Source: an uncultured virus (IMG/VR IMGVR_UViG_3300035396_000150) (lineage: Duplodnaviria > Heunggongvirae > Uroviricota > Caudoviricetes > Crassvirales). Taken from it: a DNA stretch of 20,000 nt. The notes beneath the pieces are model-generated. The model made no database searches. It saw only the letters and a program-made list of their open reading frames with translations, and was not told the origin of the DNA. The DNA is taken from positions 52,959-72,958 of the IMG/VR virus record IMGVR_UViG_3300035396_000150; one strand, 5' to 3'. Made by a program: the position numbers and the translations under genes. Below are positions 8,409-15,804 of this stretch, one piece after another (position 1 is the first letter of the stretch; every line of letters begins with the position of its first letter).

Positions 8409-8780
8409 TCTGTTCAGGAGAAGAAACAGACGAGTAGTTAGTAATAACTGCATTATATATTAAATTTCATAGTATATAAAAGAAAAGAAGTAAAATCCAA
8501 AATATAAGTATCTTACATATCTAAGTGTAATATATGAAGTTGATGGTATGCTGTTTGCAAGATATAGATAAAACTTGTAATACTAAGGAAACCTATGTGT
8601 TGAGTGATGAACTCGGTTATAGGACAGCATAAGCACAAAGGAGTATTATTGTCTTGTATTTATACATTTCAGTATTTAACCTATTAAATTAGGACGAACT
8701 TTGGAGAATTAGAAATTAGTTGTGTGAACGTTAAAATGTTTATTTCTAATTACTTTGACCCACATATATCGAAAGTGGGA
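8409..8780 (+). ncRNA. Putative structured RNA, unclassified
   Basis: Stems TCTGTT/AACAGA, GTAGTTA/TAACTGC, TTATATATT/AGTATATAA, TATGCTGT (8547-8554)/ACAGCATA (8624-8631) enclosing two hairpins, AATTAGAAAT/ATTTCTAATT and CCCAC/GTGGG. Confidence 0.45.
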
Positions 8781-8812
8781 GCTTAAATTAATAATAATCT
8801 AAATAAATAAAA

Positions 8813-9085
8813 ATGAACATATACTACTATTTAATAACTGATGGTTATAGGGTATATGTAGTACCAAACCATTACTCTCATTCAGTACAATATATACTAA
8901 ATACAATAGAGTTTGCAAAAACTATATGTACTGTACCTGTATTAGAAGAGACAAACGTGGAAGTATTAGGGAAACCTAAATACGATAAGATGATGTCAGT
9001 TAAATTTACTTCTAAAACAAAACCAATACAAGGCATAGAACTTACCAAAGATTCAGGACTCTGGGAATGGTTAAAAAAAGTATAA
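8813..9085 (+). CDS. Hypothetical protein
   Basis: 90-aa ORF; leader AATCTAAATAAA is shared with the gene at 5706. Confidence 0.8.
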   Translation: MNIYYYLITDGYRVYVVPNHYSHSVQYILNTIEFAKTICTVPVLEETNVEVLGKPKYDKMMSVKFTSKTKPIQGIELTKDSGLWEWLKKV

Positions 9086-9355
9086 TAGAATTTGGTAGGT
9101 AAACCCCTCCTTGAATGGAGATAATAATACCTTTATAGTAAATACCGACATGGTTTGTAGAAATACATTTGAGACTGGTTTAAAGTACTGGTGTAGCAGT
9201 CGTACTAATTACTATATAAAAATCACTGATATAGATTTCTAACCTATATCAAGAACTTATACAACTTCCTATGTACATGGTTGTTGGAATATCTTTTGGT
9301 CTCTTCTATTGCAGAATAAAGAGTTACGAGATTTAAATTAAGTAGGGAGTGTACG

Positions 9356-9653
9356 GCATGACTATTTCAGGATAGTGCTAATTTGATATACGTTGAAGTA
9401 TATTGCAGTAATTTGGACAGGGGTTCGATTCCCCTCACCTCCACATACAACTTCGCCGTTGTAAACAAGTTAGTAACTAAGCAATTAGTTAAAACCTTGC
9501 TAAGTTATAAGGGGGTGTCAGGCTTTCGACAGGTTATGATAGTAGTGTATGGAGTATATTAAAGCCTATAAATGGCAAAACAATTTCAATTTCAAATGCA
9601 CCTGTTAGACAGGCTGCATAAGACGTTATTTAGAGGAGTACGACAACTCCTCT
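9356..9653 (+). ncRNA. ssrA: Circularly permuted (two-piece) tmRNA gene; outer ends approximate
   Basis: The 3' tRNA-like half comes first: GGAC-AGGGG-TTCGATT-CCCCT-CACCTCC-A (9415-9443). The 5' half follows: GGGGGTG-TCAGGCTTTCGAC (9511-9530). The 7-bp acceptor stem has G3:U70 and A73. Helix 2 pairs across the halves. Resume context ATAAAT|GGC; tag frame 9574-9621 = GKTISISNAPVRQAA-stop. Confidence 0.93.
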
Positions 9654-9659
9654 TCTTTT
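9632..9659 (+). terminator. Terminator-like hairpin ending the tmRNA coding piece
   Basis: AGAGGAGT-ACGACA-ACTCCTCT followed by TCTTTT. Confidence 0.7.
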
Positions 9660-9684
9660 AAAATAATAACTAAAAATCTATAAT

Positions 9685-10233
9685 ATGGTATTTGGAACAA
9701 CATTTTGTAGCTTATCAAGGCTGCCAATAAATGACGGAGATGTATGTGTAATATTAAAGTTAAAGGGAACGAGAAACAGGTATAAAGACAATGCTGTAAA
9801 AACATCATATGAAATATGTGAACTTCCTAAGGAAATAACATATATAGGAAATCCACAATATGATGAAAATATATACCCTGCTATGTTTATACATAAAAGA
9901 TATTATGAAGAAGTAATGAGCAACTTCTGTGTAAGTTCATATAAGTACATGACGGGCAGGCTATTAGATAACTTCGCACATAGGTTATTGGAGAACTTAA
10001 ATAAGAAGTACAAAAAGTGGGAAAAAACCACTTTAAATAAGATAAAAGGTAAAGACGATGTAACAGAATTAGTAAAAGGTATGAAATTAAGCATAGAAGA
10101 AGAAATGCTTATAAAGATACTAATATTGATGAGTTACTTGAATGCTGTTCCTTATCCTAACTACACTTGTAGTAATAACTCTATTGTAGATAAGTTAGAA
10201 ATCATAAGGGAAAAAGCAAAGAAACGTAAATAA
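9685..10233 (+). CDS. Hypothetical protein
   Basis: 182-aa ORF with an A-rich leader; no motif recognised. Confidence 0.8.
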   Translation: MVFGTTFCSLSRLPINDGDVCVILKLKGTRNRYKDNAVKTSYEICELPKEITYIGNPQYDENIYPAMFIHKRYYEEVMSNFCVSSYKYMTGRLLDNFAHRLLENLNKKYKKWEKTTLNKIKGKDDVTELVKGMKLSIEEEMLIKILILMSYLNAVPYPNYTCSNNSIVDKLEIIREKAKKRK

Positions 10234-10234
10234 T

Positions 10235-10321
10235 AAGTAATAGGATATACTCGTGATTTATGACATAGAGTTGAGATAAAGTAACTTCAATAGGGATAAC
10301 AACCATACCCTATTACTTTTT
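10235..10321 (+). terminator. Structured intergenic element / terminator
   Basis: AAGTAATAGG (10235-10244)/CCTATTACTT (10309-10318), or alternatively AATAGGG (10289-10295)/CCCTATT (10308-10314), followed by a T-run. Confidence 0.55.
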
Positions 10322-10345
10322 AAAAAAACATAACATAAAATATAG

Positions 10346-10696
10346 ATGAAAGAAGAAGAAATAAGTCATCTGGAAAAAGAAGCAGCTGAATATGCTGAAA
10401 AAAGTAAATCACCATTCGAAATAAGAGAAGACTTAGTAACAGCTACAAGAACATTAATTAAAAAAGCGTATATACAAGGATATTTAAAAAATCAAAAAGA
10501 AATGGAAGAAAAATATGAAGATTGGTGTAAAAGGCACAATATAGTAAACCCTGAAACATGTAAGGGTTGCACAAATGAAGAAAGTGTTGGGTCAGATATA
10601 GACCATTTCATGTTATGGTGTGGTTCTTGCAAAAGAACTGAAGATACCATAGAAGATAAAGGAAGTAATTATAAAAAAAAGACATGGAATACTTAA
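10346..10696 (+). CDS. Hypothetical protein with CxxC...CxxC motif
   Basis: 116 aa; CKGC and CGSC near the C-terminus. Confidence 0.8.
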   Translation: MKEEEISHLEKEAAEYAEKSKSPFEIREDLVTATRTLIKKAYIQGYLKNQKEMEEKYEDWCKRHNIVNPETCKGCTNEESVGSDIDHFMLWCGSCKRTEDTIEDKGSNYKKKTWNT

Positions 10697-10836
10697 CTAT
10701 TTTAACTATAATAACAGTAGTAATTCTTTCTATTGTTATATTAAAAATTACTTCTGTATTAGAAGACGATATAAAGAAAGCAAATAAAAGAAGAAAAGAA
10801 AAACAATTCAACAAATGGAAGAATGGAATATCTTAA
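10684..10836 (+). CDS. Small single-TM membrane protein (50 aa)
   Basis: Below the ORF-track cutoff. MEYLTILTIITVVILSIVILKITSVLEDDIKKANKRRKEKQFNKWKNGIS; overlaps the end of the upstream gene. Confidence 0.7.
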   Translation: MEYLTILTIITVVILSIVILKITSVLEDDIKKANKRRKEKQFNKWKNGIS

Positions 10837-10891
10837 AGGAATTAAAATAAAGAACTAAAAGAACTATTAATTAAACACAATAATAAATAAT

Positions 10892-11257
10892 ATGAAAATA
10901 ATTAGCATCATAGTAGTTTTATGCTTTGCACTCATAAGCAAAGCACAGGTAAATGGTAAGATTAGAGACATCTATGATGCTACTCACTTTGCATTTGAAG
11001 AAGACATAATATACCTAAGTTCATATGAAGGTAAATTGAAAAAAGGTGAAGGAGTAACACACCGCTTCTTACTATCTCAATCTGTTGAATATGTAGTAGT
11101 ACAACTGTTCGTTATAAACGATACTATTGTATTTGAACACACAAGCACTGTCGGAAAGGATAAAGGTAACTATCAATTCTTCAAAGTGAAGAATGAAGAA
11201 TTTGATAAAGTGAAGTACTATTTAATTTTAGGTTATAAATCAAAAGAAACAAAATGA
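10892..11257 (+). CDS. Secreted hypothetical protein
   Basis: Signal peptide MKIISIIVVLCFALISKA|Q; Gln at +1 is typical of Bacteroidota SPI substrates. Confidence 0.8.
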   Translation: MKIISIIVVLCFALISKAQVNGKIRDIYDATHFAFEEDIIYLSSYEGKLKKGEGVTHRFLLSQSVEYVVVQLFVINDTIVFEHTSTVGKDKGNYQFFKVKNEEFDKVKYYLILGYKSKETK

Positions 11258-11421
11258 AGAAAATCGAAGTTATAGCTATCCTAATTGCTTGGATAGCTAT
11301 ATTGAATATCCTTATAGTGGATATTGAAAGCGGTCTATGGAGTATAACATTCTACCCTGTATTATTAGGTATGTTATTTTCCTCTTATGTTCTAATTAAA
11401 AAGATTATAAATGAAAACTAA
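11254..11421 (+). CDS. Small two-TM membrane protein (55 aa)
   Basis: Below the ORF-track cutoff. ATGA overlap with the upstream stop; MKKIEVIAILIAWIAILNILIVDIESGLWSITFYPVLLGMLFSSYVLIKKIINEN. Confidence 0.72.
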   Translation: MKKIEVIAILIAWIAILNILIVDIESGLWSITFYPVLLGMLFSSYVLIKKIINEN

Positions 11422-11683
11422 TGGAATTGTAATAATAATATTAATAGCAGTAGCAATAGTTATATTCCTGCTATTAAGTGTAAAGCAAGAGGTCAATAAA
11501 GAAGACATCGACCGTGTAGAAAGACGTGTGGAGAAAGTAGAGAATAAGGTAGATAGAAATTTCGAAGAGTTATTACTCATAGAAATGAAAGTAGATGATG
11601 TTAAAGATAACACAGACACTATAAAAGCAGGTGTTCGTGCTATCGGTAAGAAAGTAACTGAACTTGATGTTTCAATAGATTGA
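11411..11683 (+). CDS. Membrane-anchored coiled-coil protein
   Basis: N-terminal hydrophobic helix followed by a heptad-like charged region. Confidence 0.8.
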   Translation: MKTNGIVIIILIAVAIVIFLLLSVKQEVNKEDIDRVERRVEKVENKVDRNFEELLLIEMKVDDVKDNTDTIKAGVRAIGKKVTELDVSID

Positions 11684-11687
11684 TAAT

Positions 11688-12413
11688 ATGAAAGAAATAG
11701 GTTACTCCGTTAAGGAGAGAATCAGTATCAAGGATACTGCTCTAATAGTAATGGTTATCATTATATTATTATTAGTTATCCGTTCATTCTTTACAGAAGA
11801 TAAGGTAATTAAAATAGAAGATAGCCTATCCGAAGAGGAGATTAATCAAATCTCACCGGAAAATGCACAAGAGCTCCTTAAAGAGGGAGTTAAAACGTAC
11901 ACCATTGCAGCTCAATTGTTAGCTACACATTGGAAAGTAATACATAAAAACAAACATGTATTCCCCAATGCAAGTGAAGAAGATATATTTGCAGCATTTG
12001 CAAGTATATTTATGTCAGAGAGCAAAGGTAAAAAGAACTTAGCAGGAACATCAATAAATTATATTAAAGGATATAATGGAATGGGTGTAAAATGTGGAAG
12101 TTCTTGGGAGAGTGAAGCCATCTATACTTCCTATTGGGAAGTAGTGAAAGGTAAAAGAGTGGAATACAGTAACACTGACGATAAAATCAATGCTTTCAGA
12201 AAGTATAACTCACTTGAAGAAGCAATAGATGATTGGTTTAAATTCATATCTAAACCAATCTATAAAAAAGCCCACAAAGCTAAATCAACAGAAGGTATCT
12301 TAAAATATTTAGTTGATAGTGGGTACTGCACTGACAAAAATGCAGCCAATAATTGGATTGCAATCTGCACAGACTATCCATTCAGAGAGATTTATTTATC
12401 TGCAAAGGAATAG
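11688..12413 (+). CDS. Membrane-anchored GH73 glucosaminidase-like peptidoglycan hydrolase
   Basis: N-terminal TM; SES (catalytic Glu), NGMGVK, FRKYNSLEEAIDD and GYCTD correspond to the GH73 LES / NxFGIK / FRxYxS / GYATD motifs. Confidence 0.85.
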   Translation: MKEIGYSVKERISIKDTALIVMVIIILLLVIRSFFTEDKVIKIEDSLSEEEINQISPENAQELLKEGVKTYTIAAQLLATHWKVIHKNKHVFPNASEEDIFAAFASIFMSESKGKKNLAGTSINYIKGYNGMGVKCGSSWESEAIYTSYWEVVKGKRVEYSNTDDKINAFRKYNSLEEAIDDWFKFISKPIYKKAHKAKSTEGILKYLVDSGYCTDKNAANNWIAICTDYPFREIYLSAKE

Positions 12414-12414
12414 T

Positions 12415-12501
12415 ATGGAAGCTGAACTATTCATTAGATTAGTATTGATATATCATATAATAGGAAGCTTATCAATACTAATCTATTTAGAAACCGACTA
12501 A
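12415..12501 (+). CDS. Very small hydrophobic protein (28 aa)
   Basis: MEAELFIRLVLIYHIIGSLSILIYLETD exactly fills the gap, 1 nt from each neighbour. Confidence 0.5.
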   Translation: MEAELFIRLVLIYHIIGSLSILIYLETD

Positions 12502-12502
12502 A

Positions 12503-12649
12503 ATGGAGCATGAAAAAAAGAAAGTATTAATTGGTTTTGGTAAGTATAAAGGCAAGTGTCTTGAAACTACTATCAAAACCGACCCTAATTGGATAAAGTG
12601 GGCAGTATCCATAGGTAAACTAATTCTGCCTAAGTGGTTAAAGCTATAA
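12503..12649 (+). CDS. Small FGKYKG-motif protein (ExoX C-terminal-like/DUF3820-like), 48 aa
   Basis: Below the ORF-track cutoff. MEHEKKKVLIGFGKYKGKCLETTIKTDPNWIKWAVSIGKLILPKWLKL; FGKYKG...DPxWxxW signature. Confidence 0.75.
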   Translation: MEHEKKKVLIGFGKYKGKCLETTIKTDPNWIKWAVSIGKLILPKWLKL

Positions 12650-13194
12650 GAAGTATTGTATTAGTTGCTTTATTTCTATTTATACATAAAGACTTATTGT
12701 CGCCTTGTATTTATATAGATAAAGAACTAATACGAGCTTCCTTATTAAACAAATCAAATGAACTACTACTTAATGACGTTATGGACTTCATAAAATTACA
12801 TGAAGGGTTTAGACATAAACCATATAACGACATTAACAATAATAGCACTATTGGTTATGGATTTGTAATTAAATACATACCAGCTCAATATAGAACATAT
12901 ATATCTATTGAACAGGCTGATTCTATATTAAGAAATATAATTCTCTATAATATGAAGAAAGTTAAACAAAGATATCCACATATAAACTATCATCAACAAC
13001 TCGCAATAGCACATCTTATATTTAGGAAAGGTATCACGTCTTTAATAAATCATAGATTAGATGAAATGCTAAAAAAGGATAGTGTAGATGATAGTACATG
13101 GATTTATTATAGTTCTTATGAAAGAGAACGAATAAAATTTAAAGAGAATACAGAGTATGAACTAACACTATATAAAAATGAGAACCCATATTAA
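12634..13194 (+). CDS. GH24 phage lysozyme (muramidase) with N-terminal hydrophobic segment
   Basis: IKLHEGFRHKPYNDINNNSTIGYG contains an intact E-x8-D-x5-T triad and TIGYG; GTG start. Confidence 0.85.
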   Translation: MVKAIRSIVLVALFLFIHKDLLSPCIYIDKELIRASLLNKSNELLLNDVMDFIKLHEGFRHKPYNDINNNSTIGYGFVIKYIPAQYRTYISIEQADSILRNIILYNMKKVKQRYPHINYHQQLAIAHLIFRKGITSLINHRLDEMLKKDSVDDSTWIYYSSYERERIKFKENTEYELTLYKNENPY

Positions 13195-14335
13195 GATTAA
13201 AGACAATTTAGTATTTTCATCTAATGATGATAAGACCAAGTTAGTAAGAAGCAGCGATAAGGAATTGAATTTATTTAAACTTGCCTTAAATGGAAAAGTA
13301 AGGCACTTTAAAATGAATTTAATACCAACAGGAATCCAGTATATGCACGGTTACTATAATGGTACTATGCAAACTGAAACTAAGAAACTAAATCCACGCT
13401 TATCAAGTAATACGTATTACTCTAAGTTAAAGGATTTAAGAAGTGAAGGATATAAAACCTTTACGGAATATCAAAGCAAGTTTACAGATTTAAAGAGAAT
13501 AGAAGATATTCCTTTATTTGTAATATATAACACTAATGTAGATTGGCAACCATTACCAATGTTAGCTAATGTTTACAAGGAGTCACTTGTTACATTTCCT
13601 GTAATAGCTCAACCAAAGTATGACGGAGTTCGTTGCTTAGGTTTGGATAGTAAATTACTTTCAAGAGGAGGTATATACTATATGCAACCACACTTAGAAA
13701 AGGAAGTAAGACGACTTACAGAGCTTTGCAATGGAGTTCCTGATGGTGAATTATACATACACGGAATGCCCCTATCAGAAATATCAGGTAAAGCTCGCAA
13801 GAGTATGCCAGATATGTTTGATGAGCAACTACTTGAATTTCATGTTTACGACTATATAGCTTCTGACAATGAAGCTCAGTGGTATAGAACAGATATTTTA
13901 AGAGCCGTTAAAGAAAAGCATGGACATGAATTTAAATATATAAAGTTCAGTCCTTACATAGTACTTAATAACGACGAAGAAGTAACCATATGTCATGACA
14001 GATGTGTAGCAGATGGATATGAAGGTTGCATGATAAGGGATATGAGATCACCTTATGCTATATCATTTAGAGTAAATAGCTTATTAAAGAAGAAAGCCTT
14101 TTTAGATGATAAATTTATACTCATTGATGTAAGCATGAACGGAGAAAAAGACTACAGAAGCTTAACAGGTACGTTACTAACCGATAGTAATAAACAGTTT
14201 AAAGCTAAATTCAAATGTAGTTTAGATGAAGCTGTTAATATATACAAGTCTCCTCCATTAGGAGAGTATGTAAATGTTAAATTCTTGAATTGGAGTACAA
14301 ATAAACTGCCTGAAAAGGCTCAAATTATATTATGA
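13178..14335 (+). CDS. lig: ATP-dependent DNA ligase
   Basis: Motifs QPKYDGVR (KxDG), LLSRGG, DGELY, FHVYD, EGCMIR and LLKKK, followed by an OB-like tail. Confidence 0.95.
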   Translation: MRTHIKIKDNLVFSSNDDKTKLVRSSDKELNLFKLALNGKVRHFKMNLIPTGIQYMHGYYNGTMQTETKKLNPRLSSNTYYSKLKDLRSEGYKTFTEYQSKFTDLKRIEDIPLFVIYNTNVDWQPLPMLANVYKESLVTFPVIAQPKYDGVRCLGLDSKLLSRGGIYYMQPHLEKEVRRLTELCNGVPDGELYIHGMPLSEISGKARKSMPDMFDEQLLEFHVYDYIASDNEAQWYRTDILRAVKEKHGHEFKYIKFSPYIVLNNDEEVTICHDRCVADGYEGCMIRDMRSPYAISFRVNSLLKKKAFLDDKFILIDVSMNGEKDYRSLTGTLLTDSNKQFKAKFKCSLDEAVNIYKSPPLGEYVNVKFLNWSTNKLPEKAQIIL

Positions 14336-14850
14336 TGGAAGAAGTAAAAAACGCCTTTATTAATACACTATATCGAGAGCTTGAATTGGCTCTTGATATA
14401 TTTGATAATAAGAAGAAGAACGGAGAGAGAATAAAATATTCAGAAGACAGCTTGATGTTCTTAGGTAAGTTAGGAATTGAAGTCAAAGATAATTTTCTTG
14501 GAAAGAAGAAAGTAATCGATTCTTTAAAAGACTACATCAAAGAAGCAAAGAAACTGCCTGCTGAGTCATTTAGTAAGTATGACAAGAGACTTGGATTGGA
14601 CACAAGCGTAAAGTTTATAGAAGTAGAACCATATAAAAGGGTTCGTATGAAGAATGCAGAAAATAAAGAGGGAGCTTTAGTAGTTAAGGCAAAAGAGTAT
14701 AAAGATGGAAGGGTACGAATGAAAGATAGCCAATTTAAACATTCTATAAGAAGTCTTATAGAAACTAATAAATTATTCTCTTCATTATTCCCTAAGAAAG
14801 AGAATAAGAATGCCAAATCAGTAAGATTACTTGAATTATTAAATAACTAA
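14332..14850 (+). CDS. Hypothetical basic protein
   Basis: 172 aa; ATGA overlap with the ligase stop. Confidence 0.8.
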   Translation: MMEEVKNAFINTLYRELELALDIFDNKKKNGERIKYSEDSLMFLGKLGIEVKDNFLGKKKVIDSLKDYIKEAKKLPAESFSKYDKRLGLDTSVKFIEVEPYKRVRMKNAENKEGALVVKAKEYKDGRVRMKDSQFKHSIRSLIETNKLFSSLFPKKENKNAKSVRLLELLNN

Positions 14851-14867
14851 CTACTAAATCAAATAAA

Positions 14868-15416
14868 ATGCAAGAAATGCAAAACAAATTGAATGCTCTT
14901 AGAGCAATGGAACAAGGTGTAATGGAAGCACATGGTCTTTTATTGCTTAAAGGAGTAAGAGAAAAAGGATTAAAAGAAAAAGAGCTTAAAGATAAGCTTA
15001 AAGGTGAGTTCTTTGAATATATTAAACAAAAGAACGAATATTACAAGTTAATTCAAGAGCTTACAGGAGGCATAGGAATTGCCAAAATTAAATCAGGTGT
15101 ATTTGATGGTATTGTAGCAGTAGCTAAAAGAGAATTTGCTACTGTTGATGTACGTAATGGTGAGGTTGTAACATACAATAAAATCAACAGAGATTTAATA
15201 CCTGAAGATATCATCATAACAAATAAAGAAGGGTTTAAAGATAGTGATAGCCCTTTGCACTTGTTTGTAATTAACAAAGCAAAGGATATGATATTAAATC
15301 ACCCTGTAGGAGCTCAAGCAAAAATGGCAATTGTCATTAATGGAGACCCTAAAATAGAATACCGTCTAATAGTAGACAACTTTCGACCTAAAAAGGTAAA
15401 AGGTAATAAAAATTAA
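14868..15416 (+). CDS. Hypothetical protein
   Basis: 182-aa ORF in the operon, followed by a terminator. Confidence 0.8.
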   Translation: MQEMQNKLNALRAMEQGVMEAHGLLLLKGVREKGLKEKELKDKLKGEFFEYIKQKNEYYKLIQELTGGIGIAKIKSGVFDGIVAVAKREFATVDVRNGEVVTYNKINRDLIPEDIIITNKEGFKDSDSPLHLFVINKAKDMILNHPVGAQAKMAIVINGDPKIEYRLIVDNFRPKKVKGNKN

Positions 15417-15427
15417 ATATATTATCG

Positions 15428-15487
15428 GAGAGATAATAAACTAAGAGCCTATAAAGGTGTTCTTGTTTATTATCTCTTCTTTTTTTT
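15428..15487 (+). terminator. Intrinsic terminator
   Basis: GAGAGATAATAAAC (15428-15441)/GTTTATTATCTCTT (15466-15479) followed by a T-run. Confidence 0.75.
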
Positions 15488-15506
15488 AATTTAATGCTTA
15501 TATAAT

Positions 15507-15803
15507 ATGGAAACAACTAAAACAGTACTATCATTTACAGTAAAGAATGTAACCTTCAATGAAGATGAAACTTACACAGTAGAATTAAGCAGTGAGGAAT
15601 TCTCTAATATGATGCAAGAAACTGATATAGCAGACATAACAAGAGAAAGAGGAGAAGACGTATTAGATTATATGGGAGAAACTCAAGTTATGGGCTATTT
15701 TGGTATAGATTATGATGATGACTATGAAGACGAGGACTATGATGAAGATGAAGAGTTTGATTCAGAAGGAGAGGATGGAACAAAAGGAAATGAAATAAAT
15801 TAG
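15507..15803 (+). CDS. Highly acidic small protein
   Basis: 98 aa; D/E-rich tail DYDDDYEDEDYDEDEEFDSEGED. Confidence 0.8.
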   Translation: METTKTVLSFTVKNVTFNEDETYTVELSSEEFSNMMQETDIADITRERGEDVLDYMGETQVMGYFGIDYDDDYEDEDYDEDEEFDSEGEDGTKGNEIN

Positions 15804-15804
15804 T

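Noticed and set aside
9415..9446. Stand-alone tRNA gene or att-site tRNA remnant
   Set aside because: No D-arm or anticodon arm upstream; its acceptor strand pairs with the downstream GGGGGTG, so it is the tmRNA acceptor piece.
9572..9661. 29-aa ATG ORF (MAKQFQFQMH...) overlapping the tag
   Set aside because: Runs through the terminator hairpin; the GGC frame has the correct resume context and the AA-stop ending.
3265..10251. Identical 13-mer AATAGGATATACT at 3265 and 10239
   Set aside because: Short and AT-rich; expected by chance.
1371..10345. Stop-codon reassignment as the explanation for low coding density
   Set aside because: Long genes are intact in the standard code, and TAG (12413, 15803) and TGA (14335, 18145) end genes flush with the next start.
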